From: Kudoa neothunni
Taxonomy: Eukaryota > Animalia > Cnidaria
Direction: 5' to 3'
Assembly: GCA_964304625.1 (NCBI GenBank)
Contig: OZ199838.1
Span: 7,210,035 to 7,274,034, forward strand
DNA length: 64,000 bases
The translations under genes and the position numbers were made by a program. Within the stretch, counting starts at the first letter, position 1; each line of letters begins with the position of its first letter. The notes below the pieces were generated by a model that saw only the letters and a program-made list of their open reading frames with translations, did no database searches and was not told the DNA's origin. Shown one piece after another: positions 1 to 13,331 of this stretch.

Positions 1-72
1 ATGCGCATATAAAATCGCGGTGATTAGTGAGCTCAGCTTTTACAAAATTCTAATGTATAGATTACAATAATT

Positions 73-954
73 TCAAAATAGTTGTTGAAATTTTTCAAAT
101 ATATATAAAAATTCATCATATGAAAGATATTGTGTTGCTGAATCACGACTTAGACAGTTAATCATTGATTGAATTTGATGAGGAGAAGCATTCTGAAGCC
201 CTAACAAGTGGGCAGAGTTAGCTATATCATAGGCATTGATAAGACCATCTTGATCAATGTCAATTTTGAGAAAATAAACCATGGGATCCATATTAGGATA
301 ATCGTGATTTGATTTGGTAATGAAATTGTGTGGTGATTTCGGTGATAGCATGTCTTCGACACCATCCATCAATTTGTTCAACGAAATAGTTTCTAAATAT
401 TGTGAATAAGTTGAGCATGATTACACTCATTTGCATAGAAAATTACCTGTATCAGGAAATATAGATTCAGTTAGTTCGACCAATTGATTCCACATTTTAT
501 ATGTGAGAGGATCTTCTAACAACCACAGATAGAATTCCACCTTGTCAATGCTATCACTTGTATTGGCCATAAGCGATAAACATTCGATATTGTCATCAAC
601 GAGGATTTCTGTTAAGGAGTCCCATTTGTTATCGTCCCCCACTGTCCATCGATGTGATAGTGGATATTTTCCCCATTCAAAAAATTTAAAAATTCTAAAT
701 AAATAAAATAGATCAATGATACTATTTTCTTTCTTATTGATATTAAATTATGGGAGCAATAGGAATAGCTTAGCTCAGTCTTATTATTTGTGCCGTGTAA
801 CACAAACATTGCGACTAGCAACAAGCTTCTTAGATTATGTTAGAATGTGAAATTATTCGTATAGAAAATTGAGATAAAATAGAAGGTACGTTTTGAAAAT
901 ATTCATATGGAATCGAATCAGTGAGCCTATTGTACACGTTTTTTACAAGCCCAC
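73..954 (-). CDS. EF-hand domain protein, multi-exon (5' end uncertain)
   Basis: Last exon encodes an EF-hand pair (IDIDQDGLINAYDI ... YLSYDEFLYIF) with TGA at 73-75. GT-AG intron 393-446, open exon 447-694, and further candidate exons up to about 954. Confidence 0.55.
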
Positions 955-1371
955 CTGCTTCAAGATCACTTGATTAGATATTAAGATACTAGGGGTTTGT
1001 TTGGTTTTTTGATTTTTCACTAGTGTTGCTATCAACCCAAGCTATACACAGTAGATGTTGCAGCTGGTGTGTAAAATAGATTAGGTAACGACCTACTTCA
1101 ATAGCACTTAACTTTTCTACTTTTACAAGACAAATCTCCTAATTCAGTTTTAGGATGATTAGTGACTAATCCACATCGGAATCAGTTGATTATTATAGCA
1201 ATAATTCGAATAGAAAAAACGTGCCAAACAACACCACAAACCAACCAACAAACAAGATACAAAATAACCAACAAGAATTATACGAGAATAATTAAAAAAA
1301 TAAACTAACGTTTTGATTCAGAGAATAGGATTTACTGATCAATGCTAAAATATCCTTCACACAAAATACAA

Positions 1372-3067
1372 CTATTCATCATCTCTAGGAAGGGCTGGAA
1401 TTTTTGGCATAAATCGAACAAGATCGTCCTTTAGAGGTGGTTGTGAAACTGCAAGAATAGTTCTAGACATTAGATCGAATGCTCCACCTAAATAATAATA
1501 ATTATTATTATTGTAAGAACCATTTATTTATCATTGTGTGAATTGAACAATCAATTCACATGACTCATGAGCATATGTAACAAAAACAATAACAACAAAT
1601 ACCATTGTACTGGTAGACAGAGCCTTGAGCTTCTGTGACAATTAGCGCCCCAGCTGCTATATCCCAACAGTGAATTCCCCATTCGTAGTAAGCGTCAGCT
1701 TTGCCTTCAGCTATCATGCACAAATTGAGAGAAGCACATCCCAATGATCTCACACTAGATTGTTAAGTTGAATGTATATTGGGTGTAAATTTAGACAAAA
1801 TTTTCTACCCGTGAACTGATCCTTTATCACTAAATATAGATGCAATTGTATTGAACTTAAGTTTCGATGCATCATTATCGAGATGCACACCAAATTCTGT
1901 GATAATAACTGCCTTATTTTTTTCTTCATCGTAAAATAGTGAATCATTATAATGTATTTTCTGCAAACGAATACTCACCTTTAACACTGGAGACTTGTAG
2001 TTTATGACCGTTTTTAAATGCTCCTTTACCAATCATTGCGGTATAGATATCATTGGTGGATGGGTTTAGTACCAGTCCAATCACAATCTAAGGTATATTA
2101 CAATTTAGCTAATTTTATTCGGTCTCCCAATGGAGTTATAAAGGTTGTAACCCCCATGAATAATTGGTTTAATATTTACAATTAACTCTATGGTTAAATA
2201 GCATCAGCATTAAATTTTCAATAATTCTTTCTGACTCAAAATTAACTTAATTTCAGATAATTTTTACACTTTAAATATTCTAAGACGTATTTAGACTCGA
2301 AAAATAGTCGTTAAGTGGCTTAGGAAATCACATCGTATTATCATTGTAATTCCCAATCCAAATAATAAACAAAAAAACTCTAGCTAGTGTATTCAATTGA
2401 TTGAACAACTGAATGGATTGCAAAACTTGCAAATAATGCGAAACTATAATTTATTTAATAAATAAATCAGATGACAAAAGCAAGCCATAAACAGCCTTAT
2501 TAGTTTATTTTTTATTGCATCAACTTTACAAATAAAGTATTACTTGTCTCTTGTAAACAGCCCCAAGAGAGACCGCATGAAAAGGAAAACCGTGAACAAA
2601 ATTGGTTGTGCCATCAATAGGATCTAAAATCCATGTGAAGCTACCATTATTAATCTTAGATTTTTCAATATCGGATTCTTCGCCAATAACACTACAAAAT
2701 TTAAACAAATAAAAATAAGTCAGACGGCCAGACTGCAAATATTCACTTATGGTGTGGATAGGTGTATCGAATTTTCTCAAAAATAAACGTTTCCACTCTC
2801 TTGTCAATTATCGTGACTAAATCGGTGCTGCAACTCTTCGTTTTGTAGTTTTTCTTTAAATCCAAATCTTTTCCAGAGTTTACAATCTAATTATCATGAA
2901 TTAATAACAGGTGATCGTGGTTATCGAGTTGTTTCCTACGTCTAAAGCTTCTCGGCAGATCTTAAGTGCAAAGTCATTATACTCTTCTATCAAACAATAG
3001 TCTTAATATTGATTATTAGGTTATATTCATCGGTCAACAATTCACCTAACTCATCTAGTTGATCCAT
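1372..3067 (-). CDS. IMPA1: Inositol monophosphatase (7 exons)
   Basis: Exons splice in phase to give the IMPase motifs DLVT..D..VE, IGEES, TWILDPIDGTTNFVHGFP, RSLGCASLNLC, YYEWGIHCWDIAAG and C-terminal RDDE*. ATG at 3065-3067, TAG at 1372-1374. Confidence 0.93.
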
Positions 3068-3275
3068 TTTTATGGTGCGGTCGTAATAAGGACAGAAAAA
3101 GCTCTATATGGTTAACTGTCAATAACTACCAAACAATCCAATTAGATATCTATTCTTATCAATACAGGCTAAATAACACTTCCAAGGAGATAAACAAATA
3201 ATCGCACACCACACCACCGATACACAAACTAGTAAGGTGTTAACGACTCTTACAATCGTACATTAGTAAGGGGCG

Positions 3276-4063
3276 ATGATTGCCGCAAGAGATGTAACTC
3301 CCATTTTTTTGTAAATTTCGTCAAACGCATCAAAATCAAGATAATATAAGCGTAACAATAAATTTAACTTTTTATTTACAGTTTAACTCTAGAAAAAAAT
3401 TCACGACAACCTCACTGATCGCGATCCGAACTCTGGGAGTTTTTATTATTCGACAACTGCAACAAACTATACTATAGATGATCTACAATTGGTGAGCCCA
3501 AAAGGTTTGAAACTTCTGAATATATTTCTATGCAAACACAGAATGATTTTATTGCCATCGATTTTTCAATGGTATTCTATATGTAGGTGACCAATCAACT
3601 AAGATTAATGTTTCTTAGGACACCCGTTATATACCAAGTAACGAATTAACAAATAAATAATTTGGATTTATCATTTACGTTAGCTTCAACATTATTTGGG
3701 CTACATACGATCAGAACGTATGTTTAATTAACTATTTCCTCGCGTATTCTTATTTTTTATCCGCCAGTTGAACTGCTTGAAACTCTTCAAAATGAAAGAA
3801 TTTTTAAACCTTCAATCGTGGATGATCAAACTTATTTTCTTGAAAAAGAAATAGAAAACAAAACATACACTATATACAAGGTATTTCTTTCAGATCGCTC
3901 TAAGCTAACACCCTAACTATTAATGTAATCTCAATTTTGATCACAAAGTCAGATACGTTACGATTTCATAATTAGGGATTTGATTCCTGTATTTGGCCGA
4001 TCGTTTACGATTGAATGTCGTAATAGAGATTACTGTAAAAACCTCGATCTCAAAATAGCCTAA
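3276..4063 (+). CDS. Hypothetical small multi-exon gene, divergent from IMPA1
   Basis: Several short open segments bounded by AG/GT, e.g. ELLETLQNERIFKPSIVDDQTYFLEKEIENKTYTIYK at about 3769-3880. No recognisable family and the exon chain is not fully resolved. Confidence 0.3.
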
Positions 4064-4878
4064 TTTTTGGAACTTGAGAATTATTATGCAATTTTTTGAG
4101 AGGCGCTTGAGCTTTAATTAAAATTATTATTTTTTCAATCAATGTCGTCTCCCCGGTTATTTATTATATTTTTTATTAGTTTCCGTAATTAATGGGTAAT
4201 AAATTTCAGACAGCATATAAATATGAATGTTAAGTCTTAGAATCTTTTTTTAATTATGTGGATCTTGTCTTTAATTGATTTGTTGTAAAAATATCATTTT
4301 TAACCAAAAGTTTGGTTAATTGTCATGTCGGAGTGCCCTATGATTTTTTCCTAATTTTGATAACATATACGTTGTTATCGACTGTTTTATTTTTATGGCT
4401 CGTAAAACTGCAGCCTACGTTATTCATTAATCACCGTGGAATAAATATTACAAAACTTAAACAAGATCATAATTTAAAAGTCAATGTCAATTAACTCATT
4501 CGCTATATTTTGAACCAAACACGCAATATGTCTCGGCTTAACATTTCGTATGTTAACATTTTTTCAAAAAATTCTTAATTCTTGAAGTTTCGACCATTTA
4601 ATATGCGTATTTCATTATATTTGATATTTATTCCATCTTGAATTTAAAGTTTAGTAAGTTTAACTATTACATAGCAATCATCTGACTGAATATAAGATGT
4701 TTTAGTGTTTATATAATATAGAATAAGATTACGTTAAATCTGAAACATTGTGCATTGTAATTTAGTTGTAAACCTAACAGGCTGCTAACTTATGTATGCG
4801 TTAAATGATAAAAAATAACTTTAACTTGGAATACTTGAAATACCTAATTGCAGAATGGTAATTCAACAATATATTTAG

Positions 4879-5734
4879 TGTTTGAACCAATGCCAAAAGC
4901 TACTGCCAGTTTTAAAGAATGGTTATGAGAGTGTAAAACACAAACCTAAATGTGCAGTGGCAATTGTGTTGGATAATTCCTTCAAAGGTTTTGCTTCACA
5001 AATTCAATCCATATCTATAATTTTTACTAATCGCCAAAAGGAATATGTTCAAAGTATGTGATTCCTTCATTTCTCAAAACTTAATCACACTAGAACTTGG
5101 CAGTGTTCTCAGCCAAAATATGGAACATTTTCGCATATACATACCAAACATAGAATCGGATACTGCCATGTCTCAACCAGTTGAGCAAGGTAACTTTCCA
5201 ATGAGGCTATAGTTATATCGGGACGTAAATGTTTCTGTTGAAGTAATGGATCAAACGAGTTCATATTTTCATAATTCAACCTCTATTCCCTTGTACGATT
5301 CCAATTTAACATCTGAAGTGTAATTTTTTAATTTATATATACGATTTAAATTAAATAATCTATATTTAGAAACAATAATGAACTAGTTTATCAGACGGAA
5401 TCCAGGAACTATCGTAGAAATACCACAGAGCTTTTAAACATTGTTAAGTCTATCGAAAATTTGAATTATACTATGCGAGAATTAGCAAAGATAATCGAAG
5501 GACAAGTAAATATGAAACAAATACTTGGTGATGAGTAATGTTATGAACTAGGGAGAAATTGTCGACAATATTGAAGCCAACATAGAAAAATCGACAGTCA
5601 ATACCTCGAATGCACTCACGCAATTAAAGTCCATTCAACAAATGTACAGCGAAAGTCCAAACAAAAGGATCATCGCCATACTAACATGCGTAGCGATAAC
5701 TATGTTACTAATATTAATTGGCGTAAAATTGTGA
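4879..5734 (+). CDS. STX16: Syntaxin-16/Tlg2-like Qa-SNARE (5' exons not resolved)
   Basis: Spliced C-terminus ELLNIVKSIENLNYTMRELAKIIEGQ|GEIVDNIEANIEKS...RIIAILTCVAITMLLILIGVKL* is a SNARE motif with zero-layer Q plus a tail anchor, resembling STX16 ([23 protein letters not shown]...LVGVKSR). Upstream exon FASQIQSISIIFTNRQKEYVQ resembles the Hc helix. TGA at 5732-5734. Confidence 0.7.
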
Positions 5735-6184
5735 AATTATAAAATTTCATTTCAATATATTTGTTCTATAAAACGTGTATTCAAATTTCGCATCACTCAA
5801 TTGGTTATCTAAATACAGTAGGTGACTGATCGTGGGCATTAAACGGGAATTGGGCCCAAGGTGCACTCGAGCCGTCATGGCACATACGAACAAAGCCAAA
5901 TTTTAATGTCTCTTGCAATATACTCTCTCTTATCTATCATTTTTTTGCATGTAAAGTCAAAAGTATATTTAATAAAAATAAATTTTCTTATAACAATGAT
6001 TTCAAGGGTAAATGCGATCAATTTAGTCGATCCTGGACTCTAATTTGTAGAAACACTATTTAGACAACGTAGTGACAATATTACAGTATTTCACAACTAA
6101 GATGCAAACTTTTCCAATCAAGATGCAAAAATGGCGCATATCTATTAAAATGTTAAATTCCCTTTTGAAAATGTCAATTAAACT

Positions 6185-6250
6185 TTAACCCTCCCCGTAC
6201 TGCGTACGAAAAAATTACGCGTGTGCCGATGGGGTCCATTTGGGGCCCCC
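6185..6250. mobile_element. Orphan piggyBac-like terminus
   Basis: TTAA-CCCTCCCCGTAC followed by a spacer (AAAAAATTACGCGTGT) and a GGGG...CCCC palindrome, the same architecture as the ends at 18538 and 28141. No partner end found. Confidence 0.45.
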
Positions 6251-6723
6251 TTTTAAATCGGCTTTAACGCCATCAATTATTACGAAACAAACAAGATGTT
6301 ATTCAAAGACATTTATAAGTACAAAAAAATAAAATCTGGCTCTCTTCGGTAGCTTAAAATGCAGGTATGAGGCCAAGATGAACTTATTGTGTCCGACCAA
6401 TGTGATGAAAGCAGCGCATACATTTCAGCATTTAAGGCTTCGAAGATGTCTAAAAGAAATAAATATCTAATTTATCAGACTAGGTATTATAAAAAATTCA
6501 TAGATGATGATCAAACACAGGCCCAACTAAGCGCCGTTCTGTAGAAATTATCGGGCTGTTTCGGAAGTAGTAAACGTAGCGGCGCATGCACTTTGCTCTG
6601 AGATTTCATAGAAAGCAGTGTTTGAAAAACTCGCATCGTTTTAATTCCTTCAAGGCTAATGTCCAATATCTATGTCCGCGCTCGGTCAAGAAAATACACA
6701 ATCGGTAAAAGTCGGGATCAAAT

Positions 6724-7693
6724 TTAAATTAATTGTATCCTCATAACTAGTTTAAATAATGTGCTTAATTCAATGCCACAATATTTTTTACGAAACATAA
6801 AATCGGATACATAATCACAGACTCCATCTGGTGTTTTATTTGTGGTATTTCTATAGTGCCTTTTGAAAGCTCCCCACATCGCTTCTCTTTTGTTTGTATG
6901 GACACCTTCATTTGAGACGACCCGGCGGTTGTGAATAACAGTTCCATGGGTGAATCCTAAATCTTTTAAACGGTTGCATCCACGCCAGTTATCAGTCCAG
7001 ATTATCGTCCCTTCTTCCACATTATCCAGAATAATCTTCTCAAGAACTTCCCTGTTTCTATATTGGGATATTTTAAAGAAGAAATTCCCATCTTCGTCAA
7101 TCCCACCAATTATCCAATATTGCTGGTTTTTTAATATGCGCCTGTTAGCTGCATGCATAGAGGCCATATTATTAAAAGCTACGATATATATCGAACTAGG
7201 AATACTAAACGGTTGATTACTAATAATCACCTTGGTAACAGCGCCCAACATTATATTTTCTTTTTGTAATGGCGGTCTCATCAATTTGCACAATTTTACC
7301 GGGCCCTCCTATTTTTTGAAAATCTTCGTCTAATTTCAAGACCATCAAATCTCAAATAATTGTTATCCATTCATAAATATTAGATGATGACGAAATCGAA
7401 AGATTTCTTTTGATAGATTCGTAGGTTAAATTTGGTTCTTTTATTGTACAAACCATAAATAGAAACAATTTCCGTAAAGGAAGTTTTGAAGGTTCAAATA
7501 TTGTTCCAATTCTAATTGAAGTCCTTTTTTTACACATTGTACATTTATTTTGGAATCCATCACTAGTATCATTCCTCGAAATTATTGCCAAACTTCCACC
7601 ACAAGGACATTTGGAATGTGAATTTATCAACCCAAGAGATTGAACGTTCTTTAAGGAATATGATAGATCATCTCGAAAATAACTATATTCCAT
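6724..7693 (-). pseudogene. Merlin/ISXO2 DDE transposase, disrupted
   Basis: N-terminal CxC/CxxC zinc ribbon, then KIGGPGKIVQIDET..KRKYNVGR, IWTDNWRG and VHTNKREAMWG. Stop at 7352-7354 and a 98-bp insertion at 7143-7240. Confidence 0.85.
7143..7240. mobile_element. 98-bp solo-LTR-like insertion
   Basis: Ends TGTTA...TAACA, flanked by a perfect 5-bp duplication GCGCC (7138-7142, 7241-7245). Removing it restores the transposase motif YNVGRILKNQQYW. Confidence 0.75.
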
Positions 7694-8249
7694 AAATGTA
7701 ATTTGATCAATGTCCTCAAAAGTGAATATTTTCCTGAAATTATTTATTGCGCTCAGTGTACCGAAAACTCGCGAGCGCGGGCACGAATATTGGACTTTAG
7801 CCTTCCTTCAAAATTAAAATAAGCAAGTTACAAAGGTGCATTGCTTAGTAATGTAGTTACATGTTTAAATGATACATCCCCTTACGTTTTTACGTACTTT
7901 TTTAAATTTATTTGCATATTTAAAAGTTAATATGATTAGATTAAAGAATTTAATTTGGGGAAACCTAAGTTGTTTAAATATTTTGGTATCCATACTTGCA
8001 AAACTGCTGGAACATACGTTTAACGCTTCTATACGAATAATTCGTAGCACATATATGTCGATATCAATAATCAATAAATAAACGGTGTTTAACTACTGTT
8101 ATATACTCAATACAAATATCAATAGCCATTATTTCTGATTATTTTATTAGATTTGCAATAGAACAATTATTCGCCAAATACTTTATACTCTATCAATTTA
8201 CATTTCGCCGAATAAAAATTACAGAATCCCCATATGATACACAAAGATC

Positions 8250-9299
8250 GGCTATTCTTTACAAAACGGGACTGCAGTCGGAAACTTTAGGAGAAAATCG
8301 CGAAAAAACAACACAATAAATTATATTAAATAATTATTCATAATTTCTCTAAAGAAAGTGCTAAGTTCGACGCCTCTATATTTTTTACGGAATATATAAT
8401 CCGAAATGAAGTTATATAATGACCCTTCATTTTTATTTGTAATATTTCGGTACTTCCTTTTAAATCCTCCCCACGTAGCTTCGAGCTTATTTGTGTGTAC
8501 ACCAGTACCGGAAATAAACGAATATTTGTGACAGACCGTATCGTGAAAAAATCCTAAATCGTTCAGGTGATTATAGCTTCTCCATTTATTAGTCCAGATA
8601 ACAGAATTCTCTTCAACATTATCGAGAATAATTTTTTCCAATACAGAGCTGCTTCTTCTCTGCGCCAGTTCAAAAAAACATTCACCTTCCTCATCTATAC
8701 CACCAACAATCCAATATTGCTGGGTTTTTAACAGTCTACCAACATTATATTTTCGTTTAGTCACCGCAGATTAATCGATCTGGACAACGACATTTGCACC
8801 GCCAGTTTTTTTTCTCTCGTCAGTAATCTTCAATGTGATAATACTCCTTAATAATTCAGGCCAACCACATATTGCTTTTGAAGAGAGGATTCCGACGTGC
8901 CTTTGTATTTCTTCGTAGGTAACCTTGCTGAATTGAATTTTTACGAGGAAAAATATAAATAGTTTCCACAGTGGCAGTTTAGAATGTTGAAATATTGATA
9001 CAACTCGTAGATTTTGCTTCTTCAAACAACCCGGGCATCGGAAGAAAAACAGATCTTGGCAAGTTTTTATTTGATATGAGATGCATCATCGTCCCACAAA
9101 TACACGTTTTCTCTGATGAAATTAGACCAAGATTCTGCAATTTTTTGATGGTATAAATTGTGTCGATCCTAAAAAATGCATATTCCATCATATTGATGGA
9201 ATCGATATTCTCCAAATCAAAATTTCTCCTGAAGTTTTCCATTTTCCGGGCGTGCGACGAAAATTTTCCGACTGCAGTCCCGTTTTGTAAAGAATAGCC
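8250..9299 (-). mobile_element. Merlin DNA transposon 2, defective
   Basis: Perfect 35-bp TIR GGCTATTCTTTACAAAACGGGACTGCAGTCGGAAA and perfect 8-bp TSD CAAAGATC at 8242-8249 and 9300-9307. Confidence 0.93.
8321..9242 (-). pseudogene. Merlin/ISXO2 transposase, disrupted
   Basis: ORF pieces 8979-9242, 8771-9025 and 8321-8764. VQID* (stop in place of E of IDES), KRKYNVGR, VHTNKLEATWG, plus a frameshift. Confidence 0.85.
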
Positions 9300-9330
9300 C
9301 AAAGATCTAATAGTTATATTGCAAATAATG

Positions 9331-10406
9331 GGCTAAAGCTTAGAACGTCCCCGGCCATTGGGAAAATTCGGGTAGATACATTCGGCGATACTCGAATAAT
9401 GTTACCTGACGTTTATACCGCCGAGAATGTAAGCAACCTCACTTTTGAGGATATTTGTTATTTCAAAAACAATCAGACTGATTTAATAGATTTTTTACAA
9501 AATATATATCTTCTCCCGAGAAGGAGAGTCTGTGATTGTGGCGCTACAATGAAACTTACTCCTAGAAAAAAAAGTGCCGACGGATTTAGCTTTAGATGTT
9601 ACATTAAAATATGCCAAAAAGAAAAATCAATTAGATTCGGGTCATTTTTTTACCAGTAAAAACTACCATTATATAAAATATTGAAAATAATATATTTTTG
9701 GAGCAAAGGAGCTTGCAATCAAGAATTTTTGATGGAAGAATGTGGCATTAAATCTACTGCAACAGCTATTGATTGGAAAAACTTCATGCGAGATATTTGC
9801 TTAAATTACTTTATTAGGAATCCAATAAAAATTGGTGGCTCTGGAATAAGGGTGCAGATTGACGAGAGTCAAATATGCAAGAGAAAATTCGGAGTAGCGA
9901 GAATCCTAAAAAATCAAAGCATATGGATAGTTTGAGGCGTGGATGAGAATGGGAGAGTTTTTATGGTTGAAACAGAAAAACGTGACGCTTTGACTCTTGA
10001 AAATATTATCACCACCCATGTCGAAAGAGGATCCATCATCCACTCCGATGGATGGCGTGGCTACAACTCTCTAAGTGATCTAGGTTATATTCACGAAGTT
10101 GTAATCCATGAAAAAGAGTTTGTTTCGTCTGAAGATGTTCATACCAACCGAATCGAAGGTATGTGGAGCGCGTTCAAACGCAAATATCGAAGCATCACCA
10201 ATAAACAAAAATCAAAGATATCATCGTATATAGCTGAGTGGTGCTTTCGAAGAATCCATAGGACCATAGCATTAGAACAGATTATTGATGCTATAAATTC
10301 TGTTTATAATTTTTATTAAAAGTGTTGCAATTATTCGTAAAATAATGATCTGAGTGTTTTCGGTAATCGAATTTTCCCGACGGCCGGGACATTCTAAAAT
10401 TTAACC
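9331..10406 (+). mobile_element. Merlin DNA transposon 3, defective
   Basis: About 40-bp imperfect TIRs (GG[C/T]TAAA..TTAGAA[C/T]GTCCC..GGCC...GGGAAAATTCG) and a 9-bp TSD CAAATAATG/CAAATAGTG (1 mismatch). Confidence 0.85.
9399..10319 (+). pseudogene. Merlin/ISXO2 transposase with two in-frame stops
   Basis: Three same-frame ORFs (9399-9659, 9681-9935, 9939-10319) containing the zinc ribbon, KIGGSGIRVQIDESQICKRK, IHSDGWRGY and VHTNRIEGMWS. Confidence 0.88.
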
Positions 10407-10806
10407 CAAATAGTGAATCATAGACTAATTTGTTGTTGATAAACAGATATTCTTTAGAGAAACAAGAGCCTACCAACCAAGAAGCGCGGTACGGATGAAT
10501 TCTCGCTAATCTCCTATTAAGTCGAAGTATGTATAAACCTTACGTATATATGACTTAAAAATCAATTAAACAAAATTTATATGTATAAATAAGTAAAATA
10601 GATTAATATGCATGTAATGGACCATTTTTCTTGAAATTCTACAGGAATAAATATGCGGATTATGAAATAAATATAATCTCTAAGGCATATTTTTTAAATT
10701 AGAAAAAAAATTGTAGTTTCTATACTTACTTTTTAATCTTATAAAGCAGGGATCTCCAAAATCCGGCCCGCGGACGTTTCCATAATGACGTGTAAAATTT
10801 GGTTAA

Positions 10807-13112
10807 CCCATTCGAGTTTTATGTATCGAAAATGATACACCAGTATTTCGATTGTATATCTATATATAAAATAATATACCTACTTTTTTCCATTTTAATT
10901 TAAGTGAAAAATAAAAATTGTTTATAATATAACAATATAAATGTAAAATTATTTATTTGGAAGTTTTACTGATTCTTTTTTTTCGTCCGCGTAAGTATGG
11001 GCATTAGAACGAAAAAATGTTTCTATTGCGCTAGTAGAAACTAAAATTGCTAACATATATTATCTTTTGAATTAATTTTACATTATATTCAATTTAAACA
11101 TCATAGCTAACTGACTGCGGAAATAATATACTTTAACACGTGTATCATTTCCGATACATGAAACCCACGTGTTTTTGGTTAGCTCTCAAAATGAGCGTCA
11201 CTGAGTATTTAAAATTACCTGATGCAATCGAAAATTTAGACGAAATTTGCGATAACACATTTACTGATATTGTTGCTGTAAACGGCTGCAGCAGACGTGC
11301 TATATGAAGGATCCGCCATTTTATAGACATCCACCTGACAATGTTGGTGTAGTTACTGATGAAGAGGACAGTTATATTCCCATTGGCGATAACATCATCA
11401 GAGACAATGATATCCATGATATTGCGGGTCATGTTGAAATATTTACTACTTTAGGAGACCCAGAAGAAACAGAATTTAATGAAAAGTTTTATGGAGAAAA
11501 CGTACGGATGAATTAATTCCAAAAAGTGAAAACAGGGGTGAAAATGTATCAATTTAATATGATCTATACCCAGGTTTTTTTAATTAAATCTGTTATTTTA
11601 ACAAAATTTAGATTCTTATGAAATATATAAGCAATTATTTGATGACAATCTTGTATTGAAAATAGTTAAGCAGACAAATATTTACTCTCGCCAGAGGAAT
11701 GATCATGACTTTCATGTATCTGTTGATGAAATGAAAAATTTCATAGGCATACTTATATTATCTGGTTATCATGACTTTAAAACGTTTCAAAGAAATTAAA
11801 CGTTATGTACACTTTGCTGATAAACACTCAATCGATAAATTAAATGCTAATTTTAAAAAGTTCGGGATTTTTAATAAAATATCATCAATCGATGAACAAA
11901 TGGTGCCTTATTTGGGTATGCACTCGGCAAAAATGTTTATAAAAGGCAAACCAGTAAGGTTCGGATTCAAGTTATGGATTATGGCCAACAAGTCTGGTTA
12001 TATGTACAGCTTCAAAATTTATTGCGATAAAGAAGGAGCAAATAACCAATTTTGTCTCGGTGAGAATGTGGGTTTTAAATTTTCTTAAGGGTATTGATGA
12101 TTTAAGTGAAGTGGATCTTTATATTGACAACTTCTTTACATCCTACAAATTACTAAAGTTGTTGAAGGAAAATGAATGTGGCGGCTATTCGCACAGTAAG
12201 ACCTAATCGAACTGGGAAGTGTCCTCTTTTATGCTCTAATGTTTTTTCCAAAAATAAAAGAGGATATTTTGAATAATATGAAGATTCTCATCAAATTTAT
12301 TGTTCCCAATGGAATGACACGAGAGCCGGTTATTGTAATATGCAACCACTACACATGTTATCCATTAGTATCCATAAAAAGATACTCCCAAAAAGGATAA
12401 CAAAAATATAATTATTGACCAGTCTCAATTGATGCATAAATACAACAAAAACATGGGTGATGTTGATTAGGGCCGATATGGTATTGCCAATTATAGAATT
12501 TCTATAAGAGGAAAAAAATGGTATTGGCCAATTTTCACTAACCTGATATCCATGTGTGTTATTAACTCCTGAGAACATTTATAATTCCTTAGCAGACAAA
12601 CCTATTGATCTTTTTAGAGCACACCAGAGCAATCGTGTCAAATTTAATAAACCCGTCATATGATGTACCTAACAAGAAAAAATCCAAATTATCTCAAATT
12701 ATTAAATTTAATATGTGACCAAAGCCCCTAATAAACAAATGATAAATCTGGAAAAAGACTGAGATGCGCCATATGCCATAAAATCACCGTATATTTTTGT
12801 GAAGGGTGCTCTACCGGACTCCATACAAAATGCTTCGCCCTATTTCACAGTTGACGAATAATTTTCAATATAATGTCGTAATAATATAAATAAAACAATT
12901 ATTCTTATATAATATTAATTAAGTTTTTATTTTTTTGCACATGCACGTTCTCGGGGGGTTTTGTGTATCGAAAATGATACATTCATAAAATCGCAATATT
13001 TTTTTAACCTATTATCACAGTTTAATTTTATATTCAAAATTAATAGTTTTCTATTAAAAATATATAATAATTTTAATTCTTATAATATTTTAATATAGAA
13101 AACCTGGATGGG
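10807..13112 (+). mobile_element. piggyBac element (PGBD2/3-like), defective
   Basis: TTAA at 10803-10806 and 13113-13116, CCCAT...ATGGG ends, and a subterminal TGTATCGAAAATGATACA repeat near 10822 and 12965 with an inverted copy near 11141. Confidence 0.85.
11191..12854 (+). pseudogene. piggyBac transposase, fragmented
   Basis: SIDEQMVPY...FIKGKPVRFGFKLW, DNFFTS, and C-terminal Cys-rich domain CAICHK...CEGC..GLHTKCFALFH*. Many frameshifts. Confidence 0.85.
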
Positions 13113-13331
13113 TTAATTAGTTTTACCATGCTATTAGATGGTACATTACGCGCGCAAAAATTGTCCTGTTAGATTCATAAGTTAAGTTCTTTCCGAATAA
13201 TCGTTATTGTTATTATCAAACTTAATCAAAACATTGAAAATTTTTGCATTATCGATACTCGTATAGTAATATTATCCTTTATTCGTATTACAAATATCAC
13301 GATATTTAAAGATATATTTATACAAAAATCG

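Larger units (their letters stand above)
6654..7802 (-). mobile_element. Merlin (IS1595/ISXO2-like) DNA transposon 1, defective
   Basis: About 31-bp imperfect TIRs (GGCTAA[T/A]GTCCAATAT...CCGCGCTCG) and a perfect 9-bp TSD TTCCTTCAA at 6645-6653 and 7803-7811. Confidence 0.9.

Noticed and set aside
7352-9935. In-frame stops in transposases as a sign of stop-codon reassignment or a RIP-like process
   Set aside because: The stops replace different residues (likely R, E, S, G) through different base changes, and host genes end normally at TAA, TAG and TGA.
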